From contig NC_087437.1 in assembly GCF_036321535.1 (NCBI RefSeq), positions 49,044,001 through 49,108,000 of the forward strand: DNA of 64,000 nucleotides. The letters are read 5' to 3'. Source of the DNA: Camelus dromedarius. Its lineage: Eukaryota. How positions within the stretch are numbered: the first letter of the stretch is position 1; each line of letters begins with the position of its first letter. Below are positions 13,875 to 27,061 of this stretch, piece after piece. Made by a program: the position numbers and the translations under genes. The notes beneath the pieces are model-generated. The model was given only the letters and a program-made list of their open reading frames with translations, did no database searches and had not been told where the DNA came from.

Positions 13875-14345
13875 TATTGGTCAAGATTCTTTTGGTTATA
13901 GGGACAGAAACCCAATTAAAACTAGTTTAAGCAAGATAACAACAAAAAATAACTTTGGAGAATATGTTGGATTATACATATATAGCTGGAAAGATGAAAC
14001 CAATGTTTAAGAAATGGCTAGACCCAAGGGTTTCAGTTCTTTCATTTAAACCATGTCTCTACCTCTGCTCCTGATTTCTTCCATGAGAGCTTCGTTCTCA
14101 GTATTTATCTCTTTCCATCCATGTGATAGCAAAGTTGGTCTCTGAGCATCTCCAAGCCAAAGTCATCTTTACAGATCAAGACCCTTCTGGTATCCATAAC
14201 CACCACCAGAAAGGACTTTGATTGGCTTATTTGAATCACATGTTCTTCTTTGTACCAGTCACAGAATCTTCTAATCAGCTGTGTTGGGTCATATGCCCAA
14301 TTCCAGGGAAAGAGGATCAGCTGTCTTGATTTTTAGCCCTACCAA
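13875..14345. mobile_element. Old MaLR LTR (MLT1J/K-like)
   Basis: TTGGTCAAGATTCTTTTGGTTATAGGGACAGAAACCCAATTAAAACTAGTTTAAGC start; GACTTTGATTGGCT..TCACATG motif. Confidence 0.65.
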
Positions 14346-16956
14346 AAATCCTAAAAGGAAGACCTACAAGACACAAAAAAACTTAAAAGATATCCATACC
14401 ATAGTGGAATGACTCAATTTTCCTACTACTTTTCTCTATAGGAACTATTGAAAAATCTTGATTTGGACATTATATACTATTATGTGAGTTGTTTTTCACA
14501 CGATAAAATTCATCATTTACACATTAGGTCTGCCTTTGGTCTTTTTACCAGTTAGACTATAACATTGAAAATAGAGTTACTTGAAAGAAATATGGTCATT
14601 GAAATGACATGATAGTTCTCAGTTTTAAAGTGTCACTCTGAAGATGCTTATGTGATTTGAACTGTCATAACAATGAGAACCCGAGTCAAATACTCTGAGA
14701 GAAAACATCCAGGAACCCATACCCTCTCCCCATCCCTAGTCTCAAATCTATATAAATGCCATTTGAGGACTAACTCTTTAAAGCATGAATAAACATGGAA
14801 TGATTAATTTCATTAATATAGTTTTCTGATGATTTTTCTAATGATTTGAATATTTTAAAATTTGCTAATAGGTTGGATATCAAATTTGGTATCCAACCTG
14901 CAATATACACAAGCAAATATAAATATAGAATTAAAACAAATATGAATATAAATCTATATGCCAAGTAAACTCTTGTGCCCACAAGAGGTCCAGTTTAATT
15001 GGGATTACTTTAAACCCATTTTTCTGAACTCTCTCCTCTATGTGGTAAGAAATCCAAGTCTCTCTGAATCTCTCTTGTGATTCTTGGGACTGAAGGGGTT
15101 CTATTTTCTATACCTTACTTCAGTCTCTCCTCTCCTGTAATGTGGATTAATTGAGGGTAGAGTTTAAAAATTAGAGGAATCCACTGTACTGCCTAGAAAA
15201 CTCAACGATAGGAATTGAGAAAAAAAAACTTGGAGATACTCTTAACTATTTAGAAGGTATGTAGATAAAATTTATGTGGGCACATAGAAAAATACTGTCT
15301 TTTTAAAAAGTCTCTCTCTTTTTCAAAGGTACCGTAACCACTTCAGGCTGTAAGGGACAGTGATAAAAAGGTTATTGACTTTGCTTTGCTAGAGAAGTCG
15401 TAATACAGGACTGAGAATATCTAGCTAATTCAGCAAATGCTTCTCGTATACCTGACCTTAGTCTACCTCTATGGGCCAAAGTTTTGTCATATATAGAGTT
15501 TTAAGTGGGCTATATCATCTCCACAGATCCTTGACATCTTTGCTAGTTTATAAAGACAAGGTCTTTAGTGCTGAAGGAATGAAAGAATGGATTGATATAG
15601 AGGTTTTAAAGTAAGACATCAGAGAAAATTTATTTCCTCATGAATTTTGACTTTTAAGCAAAGATACCATTTCCTTCCCATAGGAACAACTATAGTAGAA
15701 TGGAGAACCAGCTTTGTGGTTGGCATGAAGCTATCAGAACCTTTGTTTTGAACCAAATCTTCTCTGTCTAATGCTAAAGGGAGTTCTTATAGAAATGGAG
15801 GTATAATTAAAAGTGAACTGGAGCTAGTTTTTATAAAAGTTTATTTTACAAGAACCCCTACATGGTTGCATTAAAAAGGAACTCTAAAAACAGCTTTAAT
15901 ATTTTGGAAAATTTTTTTAAATTTGTCAAGTAGGTCTTTATAAGACTTTAGAGTTAGAATTACAGAGAGTTTGAATCTGAGTACCAATTCCCTAAAAAAT
16001 GGCAGACATTGTATAGCATAATTAACAAAAGCACTATGCTAATTTTATAGAAAAAATGCTAATATAGAGTATAAAAACTAATGAAAAAACTTTTTAATGG
16101 GAGAAATTGCCACCAATAGCACATAAACCAGACTGAAATGACTGGGAAAGGACTGAACTCAAGAATAGACATATTGCATGGCAGATGTGTCCCACTGTTG
16201 GTGAAAAGTGCCAGATACCAAATCCTGGTGTGAGGTTGACTTTATGAAAGATCCTTTCCCATGTAAATGCTTGCACCTTCTTAATGTGCCAGAATTTTTG
16301 TGAGTGAATTCTATTACTGGCAATGGGACTTAGGTGTGCAAATCCTTCTCTGTGTCACTGGGAGATGGGAACCCTTAGTATATAAAGTCTCTTGAAATCC
16401 AAAGTGACTTGCATGAGATCCATATTGGTCGCTTAGTGCACAGTGTGGCAGACATGTAATTTATGCTAAAAAGCAACCAGAACACTCCAAACACAACATG
16501 GTTTTGTGCATTCATGCTGCTGAGGAAAGTGCTAGCTTTAAATATTTCACAGTATTAAATCTCTTGATATTCAATCTTAAGCAAGATTTAAAAATTCACT
16601 TATCACACTGCAGTTGATATGTACATGTTTAAAGCAGTATTTCAGAAGGAAGCAAAATAATGCAACTAAACTGTTTATAAATGTTTCCATTTTAAAAGAG
16701 TTTGCATCATATAAGAGTTAATTCCAACTTTATCATACCAGTAAAATAATTATTTCATCGAGTGGAATTGAATCTTAGTTTCTCAGGTTGCACACACAAA
16801 AAAAGGAAATTCAAAAGCAGCATCAGAAATTAAATTGAAGGGTAGACAATGTGTTTTTAGTAAAAAATAATAATAACAGCATATGGCTGATGTTTTCAAA
16901 GCTTGATTTTTATTTTATTTTAAAATTTATTTTCATTTTAAAACTTCAAGGGATTT

Positions 16957-16970
16957 CCAGCAGGTGTCAC
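16957..16970 (+). promoter_or_regulatory. Candidate CTCF site
   Basis: CCAGCAGGTGTCAC is one mismatch from the CCASYAGRKGGCRS core and lies in apparently repeat-free sequence; motif evidence only. Confidence 0.4.
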
Positions 16971-18944
16971 TGTAGGCAAATATAAAATGACAAACACATA
17001 GTTCATGGAACTTGCTGTCAGTGATTCCTGGAGAAAAGAGCAGGTTATGTTCCGACTTCTCAATTATTAGTGTTCTGTTGTTGTTGTTGTTGTTGACATC
17101 AGTCTCCTAGCATTATTTTTGGTTCCTGTTGATGCATTCACAAGTTAGAAATACTACTCAGTTGAATGAACAGAAGCAGTGCGTGTGCACGATGACATGA
17201 TGACATGACAAACAGCACCCATTTTGGGGCGCTGAACCTTTATTTATTGTTTTATAGGAGAGAATTCTGAAATCTTGAAAAGTCAAATTAAAATATAATA
17301 TTTTAATTCTGAAGCCTTTTGGGATCTTCCCTAACAATTTAATTAATAGTTTTAGACTTTTATGGTTGCTGTATAAACTTTGTTACAAAAACTAAAATTC
17401 CATCAGGACGGAAAAGCTTTAAAAAGTATTCAGCAAAAACACTTATCATTCTTCTGGGATAAGTATGACAAAGGGAAAAATAATAGTAATGTTATTGGTT
17501 CCTTGAAATTGTGCTTCCATAGTTGGTTAGAATTGAATTCATATTATTCAACCTCCAAAGAACATCTCATTAGATCCCAGAGAAACCGTTTCTGAGCATA
17601 GTATCAAAAGGGAATCCAGGCATTCCATTATTTCTGCCCCCCCCCCCCTTCCTTTTAGTATGCACAGCACAGGGAAAGGGCAGCAGAGTGATAAGGTACA
17701 GGCAGGAAGAGTTTTTTCAGGAGTTAATTTTGCTGATTTCCAAGTTTTTCTGTTTCCCAGTAGCTTTGAGCATCTCTGCATAGTTTTCATAGCTTCTAAA
17801 GCAGGGTTTGCGCTGCATCTGTAGACTAGATTTGGCTGTTGACAATTTGACATGTGCACATAGAGTTTAAAGAGGAATGCACAGCAGAAAGTGGTTTGGA
17901 ATACTCTCCTCACCCCGCACCCAATGAGAAAGGTCCACAAGGCAGAAAAAATTATATTTTTCACTTTTCATTATTAGTAGTACAAAGTTGTATTACATGC
18001 ATCCAGGCAGGTAAGCAAAAACATTACTTTCTTCATATTATAATCAGCTCACAAACTCTCAGGGAAATTGCTGGTTCCTGTGACTACAATTCTTGAGCCC
18101 AAAATAGGATCCACATCTCCTGACTCATTTCTTTCCTCTAGAAAATGCTGCCTAAAATAGGAGGTTTTTTGGAATCTGAAAACATGTTTTCTTTTTAATA
18201 GTACAGCTAGAGTTGACTGAGGCCTGCCTCTCTACCTGAACTGTGCTAAGTACGTCACACACGTTCTCTTAGTTTTCTCCTTGTTCCTCTCTCCTGGGAG
18301 GTGGGTACTGATTACATTGACACAGAAACAGACTCAAAGAGCTTAGCGTGCACAGCATCCTGTAGCCAGAAATGATGGAGAAGGGGCCTGAACTGGGGTC
18401 TTTTCAAGTCCAAAAGCCTTTTTTCTTAACCACTACACTCACACAGCAAAAGTGGTGTGTTATTTAGGAGAATAACAAAACTATCATTGAGAAGTCACAC
18501 AAAAAAGAACATAATTTTCCCTGTATGTTGTAGGCGTTTAGATTGAGACCAGCCTTATCCTGCCCGAGGTGTTCGGCTGCAGTCCTGTGGGGTGACTGGC
18601 TGTTGTTTAGAGTGGTGGTCCTGTGATCCCTATTGCTGTTTCCCTGATGTCGCTTATTAAGCAGAACCGTATATCTATACATTTAAGGCACGATTCTTAA
18701 CGAAAGCAAAAGCTCTTCTGGAAAAAGAGAAAACTCAATAACTACAGACTCTGAGCATTGTAATCTCATAGCATATTACATTTTAAGAAAGTGTAGTGAA
18801 AATAGTAAAAGAACCTCAAAGAGCTAAGACCTGCCTCACAGTTCAGTTTGCATCATGTTAGAACATTTCCATTTGAGACCTTCGAGGCATTTGGACTGTA
18901 ACTTCTCTAACTATAATGTGATTGAGAATTTACAAGTGGATTTG

Positions 18945-19370
18945 AAGTCAGAGAACCCTGGACTGAAATCATGACTAGCTTTCCTAAACCTCAGTTTACT
19001 CATCTCTAAGATGGTGATAATAGCACATAAGAGCAAAAATGTACCCAGTGATTACTATGTACTAGGCACTTTACTCGGTGCTTTATAGGCACATCTCCTT
19101 TAACTTTCAGCAACCCAGTGGGAAAGGCACTATTATTTTATCTTCACTTTACAGAGGAAAGCACTGAGGCTGAGAGGTTAAGTCCTTTGCCTAAGACCAC
19201 GTAGCTAGTAGGTAGTAGACTGAGAATTTCAATGAAGCTTTTGATTTTTAATGGCTCTTAGCTACTACAGGAAAATGTCTTCTTACATAGTTACTATGAA
19301 TATTAAAATAAAAATTTAAATGAGGCAACATACATGAGGCATTTATGTAGGCATACAGTAGAAGGCCAAT
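18945..19370. mobile_element. MIR cluster (a minus copy nested in a plus copy)
   Basis: CCTCAGTTTACTCATCTCTAAGATGG (plus); TTTACAGAGGAAAGCACTGAGGCTGAGAGGTTAAG (minus). Confidence 0.75.
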
Positions 19371-19443
19371 TTTGTTTGTTTTTGTTGTGTCCGTTTCTAG
19401 TGTACAGCATAATGCTTCAGTCATACATGAATATACATGTATC
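19370..19443 (-). mobile_element. Very short L1 3'-end fragment
   Basis: TTTCTAGTGTACAGCATAATGCTTCAGTCATACATGAATATAC, similar to 49360-49400. Confidence 0.55.
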
Positions 19444-20319
19444 TGACAAACTTATCCCTAATTACAAAGGAAACTAAGAATCTGCCTTAAGGAAGTAAGA
19501 ATATGTTTTAAGGAATCACTGGGTATATGAATTTTATTTCCTCACTTTCCTATTAGTTCATCATTTAAGGCTTATGATAGAAATAAAGTTATGTTCAAGT
19601 ATGCATGTGCACACACCGAATTTGCGGTCAAAAATAGAATATACAAGAATATACAATGTACTAAGAATCATAAAAAGTTAATTTAAAAGTTTATATAAAA
19701 TATCAGATTTACTTTTTGAAAGATAACTATTTATGGTGTCTAAGGTAATATATTCTCATTGTAAAAAAGTTGTAAAATAGAGAAAGTATATATAGAGAAA
19801 TCATGATCCCAGCTAACAGAAATAACAGCAGTTAACATTGTGTTCTTTCCCTTTAAATATATTATTTTACTTAATCCACATGATTTTATATTCTTTTAAG
19901 ATATGATTTTTCTTTACATTAAAAATTTGTTGTAGATTTACATTTTTAAAAACATTTAAGGCCTCTTGTAATTCATAATGTTGAGACATGACACACTTGG
20001 CAATGGAGAATTCACTGCTGAAAGTGATTTCTTTTCAGTCCAACAAGGTGTTTCTCTCAGTATTTGAATACAGTCATCCAGCTGTCTCTTCCAGAGTGTA
20101 TTAGACATGTCAGGAGGCCCTCGCAGCACCATTGAAGAGAAATGCTGAGGGCTGGAGCAGACAGGGGACTGTGTGGACTGAGGGGAGGTGGTGTGCTGGG
20201 CAGAGTGTGGGATTCCCACTCTAGGGATCTTGCAGGGTTGGGGATGGGGCAGACGGTATTGCTACAGCCGGTCTGCCGGGCGACAAGAAACAGGAAGCAA
20301 CAAAGCTCTCCAAGAGTAG

Positions 20320-20691
20320 TGTCTGAGTCTGATCAGGCTGCTATACAGAATACCATAGACTGGGTGGAAACAATAGAAATCTAAACAATAGAAATGTATT
20401 TATCGCAGGTCCGGAGGCTGGGAAGGACAAGATCAGGGTGCTAGCAGATTTGGGGTCTGGTGAGGCCCAGCTTCCTGGTTCATAGACAGTCATCTTCTCA
20501 CTGTGTCCTCACTTGGCAGAAGGTGGCAGAGAGCTCTCTGATGTCTCTTTAAAAGGCACTGATCCCATTCATGAGGGCTCTACCCTTAGGGCCTCATCAC
20601 CCACCAAAGGCCCTACTTCCTAATGCCATCACATTGAGGGTTAAGAGTTTAACAAATGGAGCTTTGAGGGACATAAACATTGTCTGGAGCA
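20320..20691. mobile_element. MaLR solo LTR (MLT1A-like)
   Basis: TG...CA termini; GGCTGCTATACAGAATACCATAGACTGGGTGG; 5-bp TSD AGTAG (20315-20319 and 20692-20696). Confidence 0.9.
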
Positions 20692-21960
20692 AGTAGTTAG
20701 GCTTTGAAACAGGATGATGATACAATGAGTCAAACTCAGTAAAAGAGTAAGGTAACAAAATGATGTTTTCTCTCTGATAACTATTAGGAGAATTTTAAAG
20801 GCGTTAGATGTCAGGATTCTCCAAGGCCTTGAAACACTTGGACAAAAACGAACGATGTGGACATGCCTGGGTCTGTGGTTATTTGATGCTGGAATCCAAG
20901 ATGTGAGACATTTAAGGCTTTTACTTCAAAGTAACATGGAAAAATGAAATTAAATTATAATGGATTAATAATGGTTGAAATTTAATGGGAAAAAATACTT
21001 AAATTTCTTTCAATTTTGTCCCAAGTTACATATTATAGTCTCTTTCTTATGCTTTTTGTGCTCTCTGACCACCACTGCATACAGCATACAAAATGATCTT
21101 GTAAAGAAGTAAATCAAATCCCATCACTCGCCTGCTTAGAAGTTTTCCTCATTGGCTTTCTGAATGTGACTGATAGGACTCTTCACTCATAATTCCCAGT
21201 TCCAATGGCCTTTAGAATCTCTCCTGGGGCACTCTAACTACAAGCCTGCTCCTCCTCCCCCATTCGCTTGGTGGATGTCACTTCTCAGTTTGGTGTCCCT
21301 GCATCCTAAACAAAGACAAACTTAAGTCCTAAAGAGAGTAGCAAAGTGTTCATGGAAAAAAGAACAGGTTGTCCCAGATCTCCAGGTACTTGGAGTGCTC
21401 TCTACCAGAAAACTATTTCTGGTAATTTATACACACACATATATAGGTGTACACACACACACCCAAACACACACACAGTATCATTTCCAGGAACACAGGG
21501 ACATGTGATTTTCAGGATTATTTAAAACAAAAATTAGATGAGAGTATCTGTGAGGTTAACTCGTTGTGATTTGGTGTGGGTGTGGGTGTGGGTGGCTAAC
21601 TGAGGTGAAATCGAGAGCAAATTTACATAGTTTTAAAATGAGTAGAGGAGATGCTGGTAAGGAAGAAAAGCAGTCACAGATTTTTGGGGGTACGTTTGCT
21701 ACAAGATTTTAATGTCAATCTAGGTAAGCGTGACTCCTGAGGAAAATGCCTGAGGTGATAGTTCATTTATCATTCATTCCCTTCATTCAACTATGTATCT
21801 TCCTTTTTTATCTTCTAAAAAATATTTAAAGTATCTTTCTACATTTCCCAGGAGAACTGGCTTTAAAGCATAAATTATTTTATCTGAAGAAAAAATTGGG
21901 AAAGATTGGAACTGAGAACTCCTTGTTAATGACTTCAAGAATCCTGTGCTTTGAAGTGAA

Positions 21961-22011
21961 TCTATCCATCCATCCATCTGTCTATCCATCCATTCATCCA
22001 TCCATCCATCT
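21961..22011. repeat. Imperfect (TCCA)n microsatellite next to an L2 tail
   Basis: Direct reading. Confidence 0.85.
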
Positions 22012-22849
22012 GTATATACATACATCATTCACCCAACATTAATTAAACACCAGCTACATCCCAGATATTATACTAGGAATTGGCATTCAAAGGCAAATAT
22101 CCTTCCCCATTGCTGGGAGATGAGTTCAAACCATGAAACAGTCTCAAGTTTTAGAGTGATCACTGAATTGAGAATCAGAAAAACTAAGTTTTCCTTTTTC
22201 TTCTACCCTTACTCATTTTCCTGTTCTCTTTTCTTTCCTGAGTCCTGGGTACTCATTTCCTCACCTTGCCTGTGAAAAAAAAGTAGACCTCTGACACTGG
22301 AGAGGCATCCCCTTGGCTCTAAATATAGTGCCCAATATGTAGTCAGCTTTTAGTAACATTTTATTAAATAAATTAATAAATGAACAAATTATATCCTGAG
22401 GCCTTCAGGAATGCATATTTGGGAATATGATAATATCAACCTGTCCCCTATAAAATCAATCAAAATATGACCAGTTGAAATAACCTCTTGAGATGGAGTA
22501 GATAGTAAACGTCAAGTTGAGAATCCCTGTCATGATGACCTTTCTCCCCAACTCAGACCATTTAACCCTTTCATGCTTAAAGGTCACACAAGGCCACCTC
22601 TGAGTGCCTTTTGGTAGGGAAAACTATTCAATAATTTGTGTAAAATTATGACTAAATTCAGAATAGATTTTTGTGATTTTTCACATTCTCAAGTAATGGA
22701 TGAAAAGTATACAATTGCCATGGTGTGATGGTCTGAGAAATTTTTAGAGTTGGAAAAGAGCTTCTAATGCTTGGAAAGGTAGGGAAATCATCCTGTAAAG
22801 TATGACACTGGGGAAAATAGGTAATTACAAGGAGAGCTAGACCAAATTA

Positions 22850-23080
22850 ATGATAGCTAGTATTTGCTGAGTGTTCTGGTGCTTTGCATGTATTAAATCA
22901 TTAATTCTCACAATAGCTCCGTAGAGGAGCCCTATTATTATTAAGATCCATATTTTACAGGTGAGTAAAGAGAAACATGGTTAGATTAAGACCTGAGTTC
23001 TTTGCACTGGTAAGTGGTAGAGCCAGGATTCGAACCCAGCCAATCTGATTTCAAGGTCCACATTTTAAACCACTGCTTAT
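22850..23080 (-). mobile_element. MIR
   Basis: ATTTTACAGGTGAG..GTAAGTGGTAGAGCCAGGATTCGAACCCAG. Confidence 0.85.
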
Positions 23081-24049
23081 TCTCCTTCCAAAGCATGTTT
23101 TATCTTTCCTGCACTATTTTTGTTAGATCACATCAAGCTAAAAGTTAAACAAAGGTGTGTGAGGAAGAAGGTTACATACCCATAACATGATATCATACTA
23201 TTAATATGCATTTTCTAGAATTTTACTTGTACTTAAAAACACCATTTTAATTTTGGAATTCTTTATAAGTAATGAAAAAATGTACATATATATTTCTTCT
23301 TGTTTTCAGACTCACAATAATTATGTAATTTCCTTCACTTAAGGTGGAACAAACTGTTAATAAATTGAGTAGTTAGTGCTTAACGACTGTTAAAAACCAC
23401 TTCAAATAACATGACAGTCTCATCTTTGCAGTAATACCAGGTTGTTAATTAGCTGAACTACCCAAATACAGAGATTATAGTTAAAATGGTTTTGAGTGGG
23501 TGGTGGTAATGATGCGCTGCCTGTTTTACAACATGCTCTATGCCATGCAAATCAACTCCCTTTTTTTTTTAAAGCACTATTTCAAAGCTCCTTAAGAGTG
23601 ATATTCTACTTAAAAAAAAAAAAGAGTAAGACTCCTCTCAAAAATAAAGGTCTTGCTAATTAAATAGTTTTATAAATAAAGCATTTTGTGTCAATGGGGA
23701 AATATGTAAGAACAACAGGCCCAAAGCAGGGAACTTTTCTCTACTCTAGGTACAGAAGAGGAAAATGTCATCCCTGTTGAACCTTTTGGAAATGTTAGTT
23801 TTAGAAAACTTTATAATACCTTGAGGATTGAATTAAATTTTTTTTATTTGAAAAAAGTCATTTTTACTTTTCAATAGTGGCCTCCCTTGTATACTTTTAA
23901 GCACAGTGACGGTCTTTCCAGTCTTAACGTCACTGCCTATTTCCACAGAAGGTCTTATGATCTTTTTTGCTGGGGAAGAAGGGCCTTTGATTGTTTCCAC
24001 ATTCCCAGTGGCAGTGTCTCTCATTAGGGCTGTGTCTTAGGCAGTCGCA

Positions 24050-24445
24050 TCATGTCCATTTTAGTTCCATGGTCAAACAGTATTTGTTCTTGAGTATATT
24101 CAATGTTCCAGGCCTTGAGCAAGATTTGGAGGATACATTCATGAGTAAGAAATGGGCCCTGAACTCACCTGAAGGAGCTACCAGTCTGGGAGAGGAGTCT
24201 GATATGTAAATGGAAAATTACAATGAATGTATTTATCATTACAAAAGAGATCCCATACAGAGTGCTGTGGAAACAGAGGCAAAAGCAATGATTTATGCCT
24301 TGGTTGGGGAGAGGAGGAGAAATAATGGAGATAATGGAAATAATGGTATTGCTGGCCAGAAGAAGTTTTGCAAAGGAAATGATAGTTGAGCATCTGGAAT
24401 GTTGAGGAAGAGTCTGTTGAAGACTGTCAGGAAGAGCATTTCAGT
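24050..24445 (-). mobile_element. L2 fragment
   Basis: AAACAGTATTTGTTCTTGAGTA..CCAGGC; CAGAGTGCTGTGGAAACAGAGG. Confidence 0.55.
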
Positions 24446-25506
24446 CAGAAGGAAAGGCTAAGAGAGGGGCTGAGGAATTGAACAGGCCTGAATTTGAGTT
24501 CTGTGCTGTGCAAACTACTTAAGGTCTCAGAATAAAATGGAGATAGTATGGACCACCTTTGCAGAATTGCTGGGTAGATTAACAATAATGTATATAATGG
24601 TCTGTGACCACAAGAAAAGTGAACATTTGTTTTATTATTAGATGCAGGTGACCTAGAACTTCCCAAACACAGTGCTTCTGGTAAATTCTGTCATAGAAGC
24701 TGGCCCCACCAAAGTCCTAATTCACTTCACCAGTAGCAGAGAACCTAGAAAAGGGAGTGATAAAGGGTTCCCCTGTTCTGCTGTGTTTAATATAGAGGGG
24801 TGGGAAGCACGAGCGGGCCTGCTGTACCTGAATGGAGGAAGAGAAGAGATGGGCAAGAGTGCACTTGATACACGAGCACTAAGCTTTAACACAGTGACCC
24901 AAACCACTGGTGTGTCTAATGAACATCACATTTATAACTTTGACGTTTACCCCAAAGCTGGCCTTATAGACCTGAGGGCCTATGATAATCATTGTTTTAC
25001 ACCTTTAATTTTTTTCGTTTTTAACATAATATGGCTCAGAACAATCAGCTTGGAACATTCATCCTTCACGAGAAATGTGGATGGCACAAGAGGAAGGCAT
25101 CAGAAATGTGTTTTGTAAAAACTCCTGGAAAGGAAAAGGAGCAGGTCTTCTCTTGTGTGGATGGAGACTAAGCATGAGATGAGGGAGAAGCACAGGGTGT
25201 TTATGGTAGAGTGAGCTCCAGCAAGAGTCTAGAGATAAAAGAGAACAGGTCAAGTTTATTGTCTGTTTAGAACTTTAAAGTTCAAGGGCTAAACAAGGAG
25301 AGTGGAAAGAGGCTAGAACTAAAGCTGGAATAGCAAACACACAATGGATCACAAATAACTCTCTTATCTCCACATCCCCAGTTTAGCCTCTTATTCTGGA
25401 GGCTGTGTCTTGTCCTTGAAAATATGGAAACAAGGAAATGACAGGATTAGATTAGAATTTTAGCAAACGCACTTTGATGGGAATGGAGAGCAGAATAGAA
25501 GAGATC

Positions 25507-25937
25507 TGTTATGGGTGGAACTGTGTCCTCCTTCAAAAAAGTTGAGTTTCTAACCCCAATGCATCAGAGGGTGACCTTGTTTGGAAATAGGGTCATTGCA
25601 GATGTTATTAGTTAAGTTATGATGAGGTCATACTGAAGTCAAGTGGTTCCCTAATCCAATATGACTGGTGTTCTTATAAAAAAGGGGAATTTGGACCCAG
25701 AAATAGACATGCACAGAGGGAAGATGATATGAAGAGACACAGGGAGAAGATGGCCATCTACAAGTCAAGGAGAGAGGCCTGGAATGATTGTTCCTTCATA
25801 GCCTTCAGGAGGAAGCAGTCCTGCTGACATATTACTTTTGGACTTTTCCCCTCCAGATCTGGGAGACAACAAATTTCTGTTGTTTAAACCACCAAATTTG
25901 TGGTAGTTTTTCATGGCAGCCCTCTGAAACTAATAAA
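25507..25937 (+). mobile_element. MaLR solo LTR (MLT1B/C-like)
   Basis: TGTTATGGGTGGAACTGTGTCC...GTGACCTTGTTTGGAAATAGGGTCATTGCAGATG...GGCAGCCCTCTGAAACTAATA. Confidence 0.88.
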
Positions 25938-26873
25938 GAACCCAAAATTGTAGACCAGTTAAGAGGACCAATGAGGACCTGAACTCGGTGGGAGGATAGG
26001 GTGTAGAGAAAGAATTTGAAAGATATTCAGGAAGTAGAATTGATAGAACTTGGTGACCGGCTGGATGTGTGGAGTTAACAGTGATTAAGATAGATCTAGA
26101 TTTTAGTTCTAGCTCTCTGACTGCTCAGCTGTTTAAACTTGAACAAGCCATTTATCCTCTTTATGCTTCAGTTTCTTATCTGTAGAGTGAGTCATGATAG
26201 TTCTGACGTGGGTTGTTGCAACAGACAAGAGAGACAAGAGAATTCAGGGTAAAATTTATTACAGTGGTATAGCAAATACATAATATGGTAACATTGATAA
26301 ATATAGTAAACACTCAATAACTAAAAATTTGGGTTGTGTGAAAAGGAATTGATAATAACTCATATTTATGACTTGATCATCAGGCAGGGCCATGATATTA
26401 TTTGGGGAGAAGAGAAATATTGGAGAAGAATGGATTTGGGAGGCAGGATGATAAATTCAGTTTTAATTACATTTAAAACACACAAGTAAAATGTTTATTA
26501 TTAAAAATACACTGCCTTACCTTTCATATTGACTTTCATGAAGTTCAAGTTTTATATTACTAACTTAACAAAAGTTTATGTTGTCCATTGGAGATAATCT
26601 CACAAGGAAAATGAAATGAGCACCATTTGTTTCTAGATTAGTAGAGAAAAAATTATAGAATCATATTTGTTTAAAATCCTTTAAAAATCTGTATTGATTG
26701 AATTGACTGTTATATTGATTTTTGACAACTTGACCAACAATTAGTTCTTAATTAACCTGCAGTTGTCAACTTATGATCACCCTTTCTCTTGGATGAATGA
26801 TCTTACATGTGACAATCTATAGCAGAGAAATGGAGTCATCTGACAGAAGTTATCCTTGGCTAGGTTTCAGTTC

Positions 26874-27061
26874 TAGGATTGCCAGATAAAATACAGGACA
26901 CTTAAATTTGAATTTCAGATAAACAGTGAACACTTTTTAAGCACAAATATGTTCCAAATATTGCACAGGACATATTTATTCTAAAAAAGTATTTGTTGTT
27001 TATCTTAAATCCAAGCTTAAACGGTGTCTTGCATTTTCATATGCTAAATTTGGCAACCCTG
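26874..27061. mobile_element. MER53 palindromic MITE (hAT)
   Basis: TIRs AGGATTGCCAGAT / ATTTGGCAACCCT, long internal inverted repeat, and flanking direct repeat TCAGTTC. Confidence 0.88.

Noticed and set aside
17548..17964. 138-aa minus-strand ORF
   Set aside because: No recognisable homology, a non-ATG start, and it crosses a poly-C run.
24672..25118. Longest ORF in the track (148 aa)
   Set aside because: Non-ATG start, no recognisable domain and no convincing splice context; consistent with chance.
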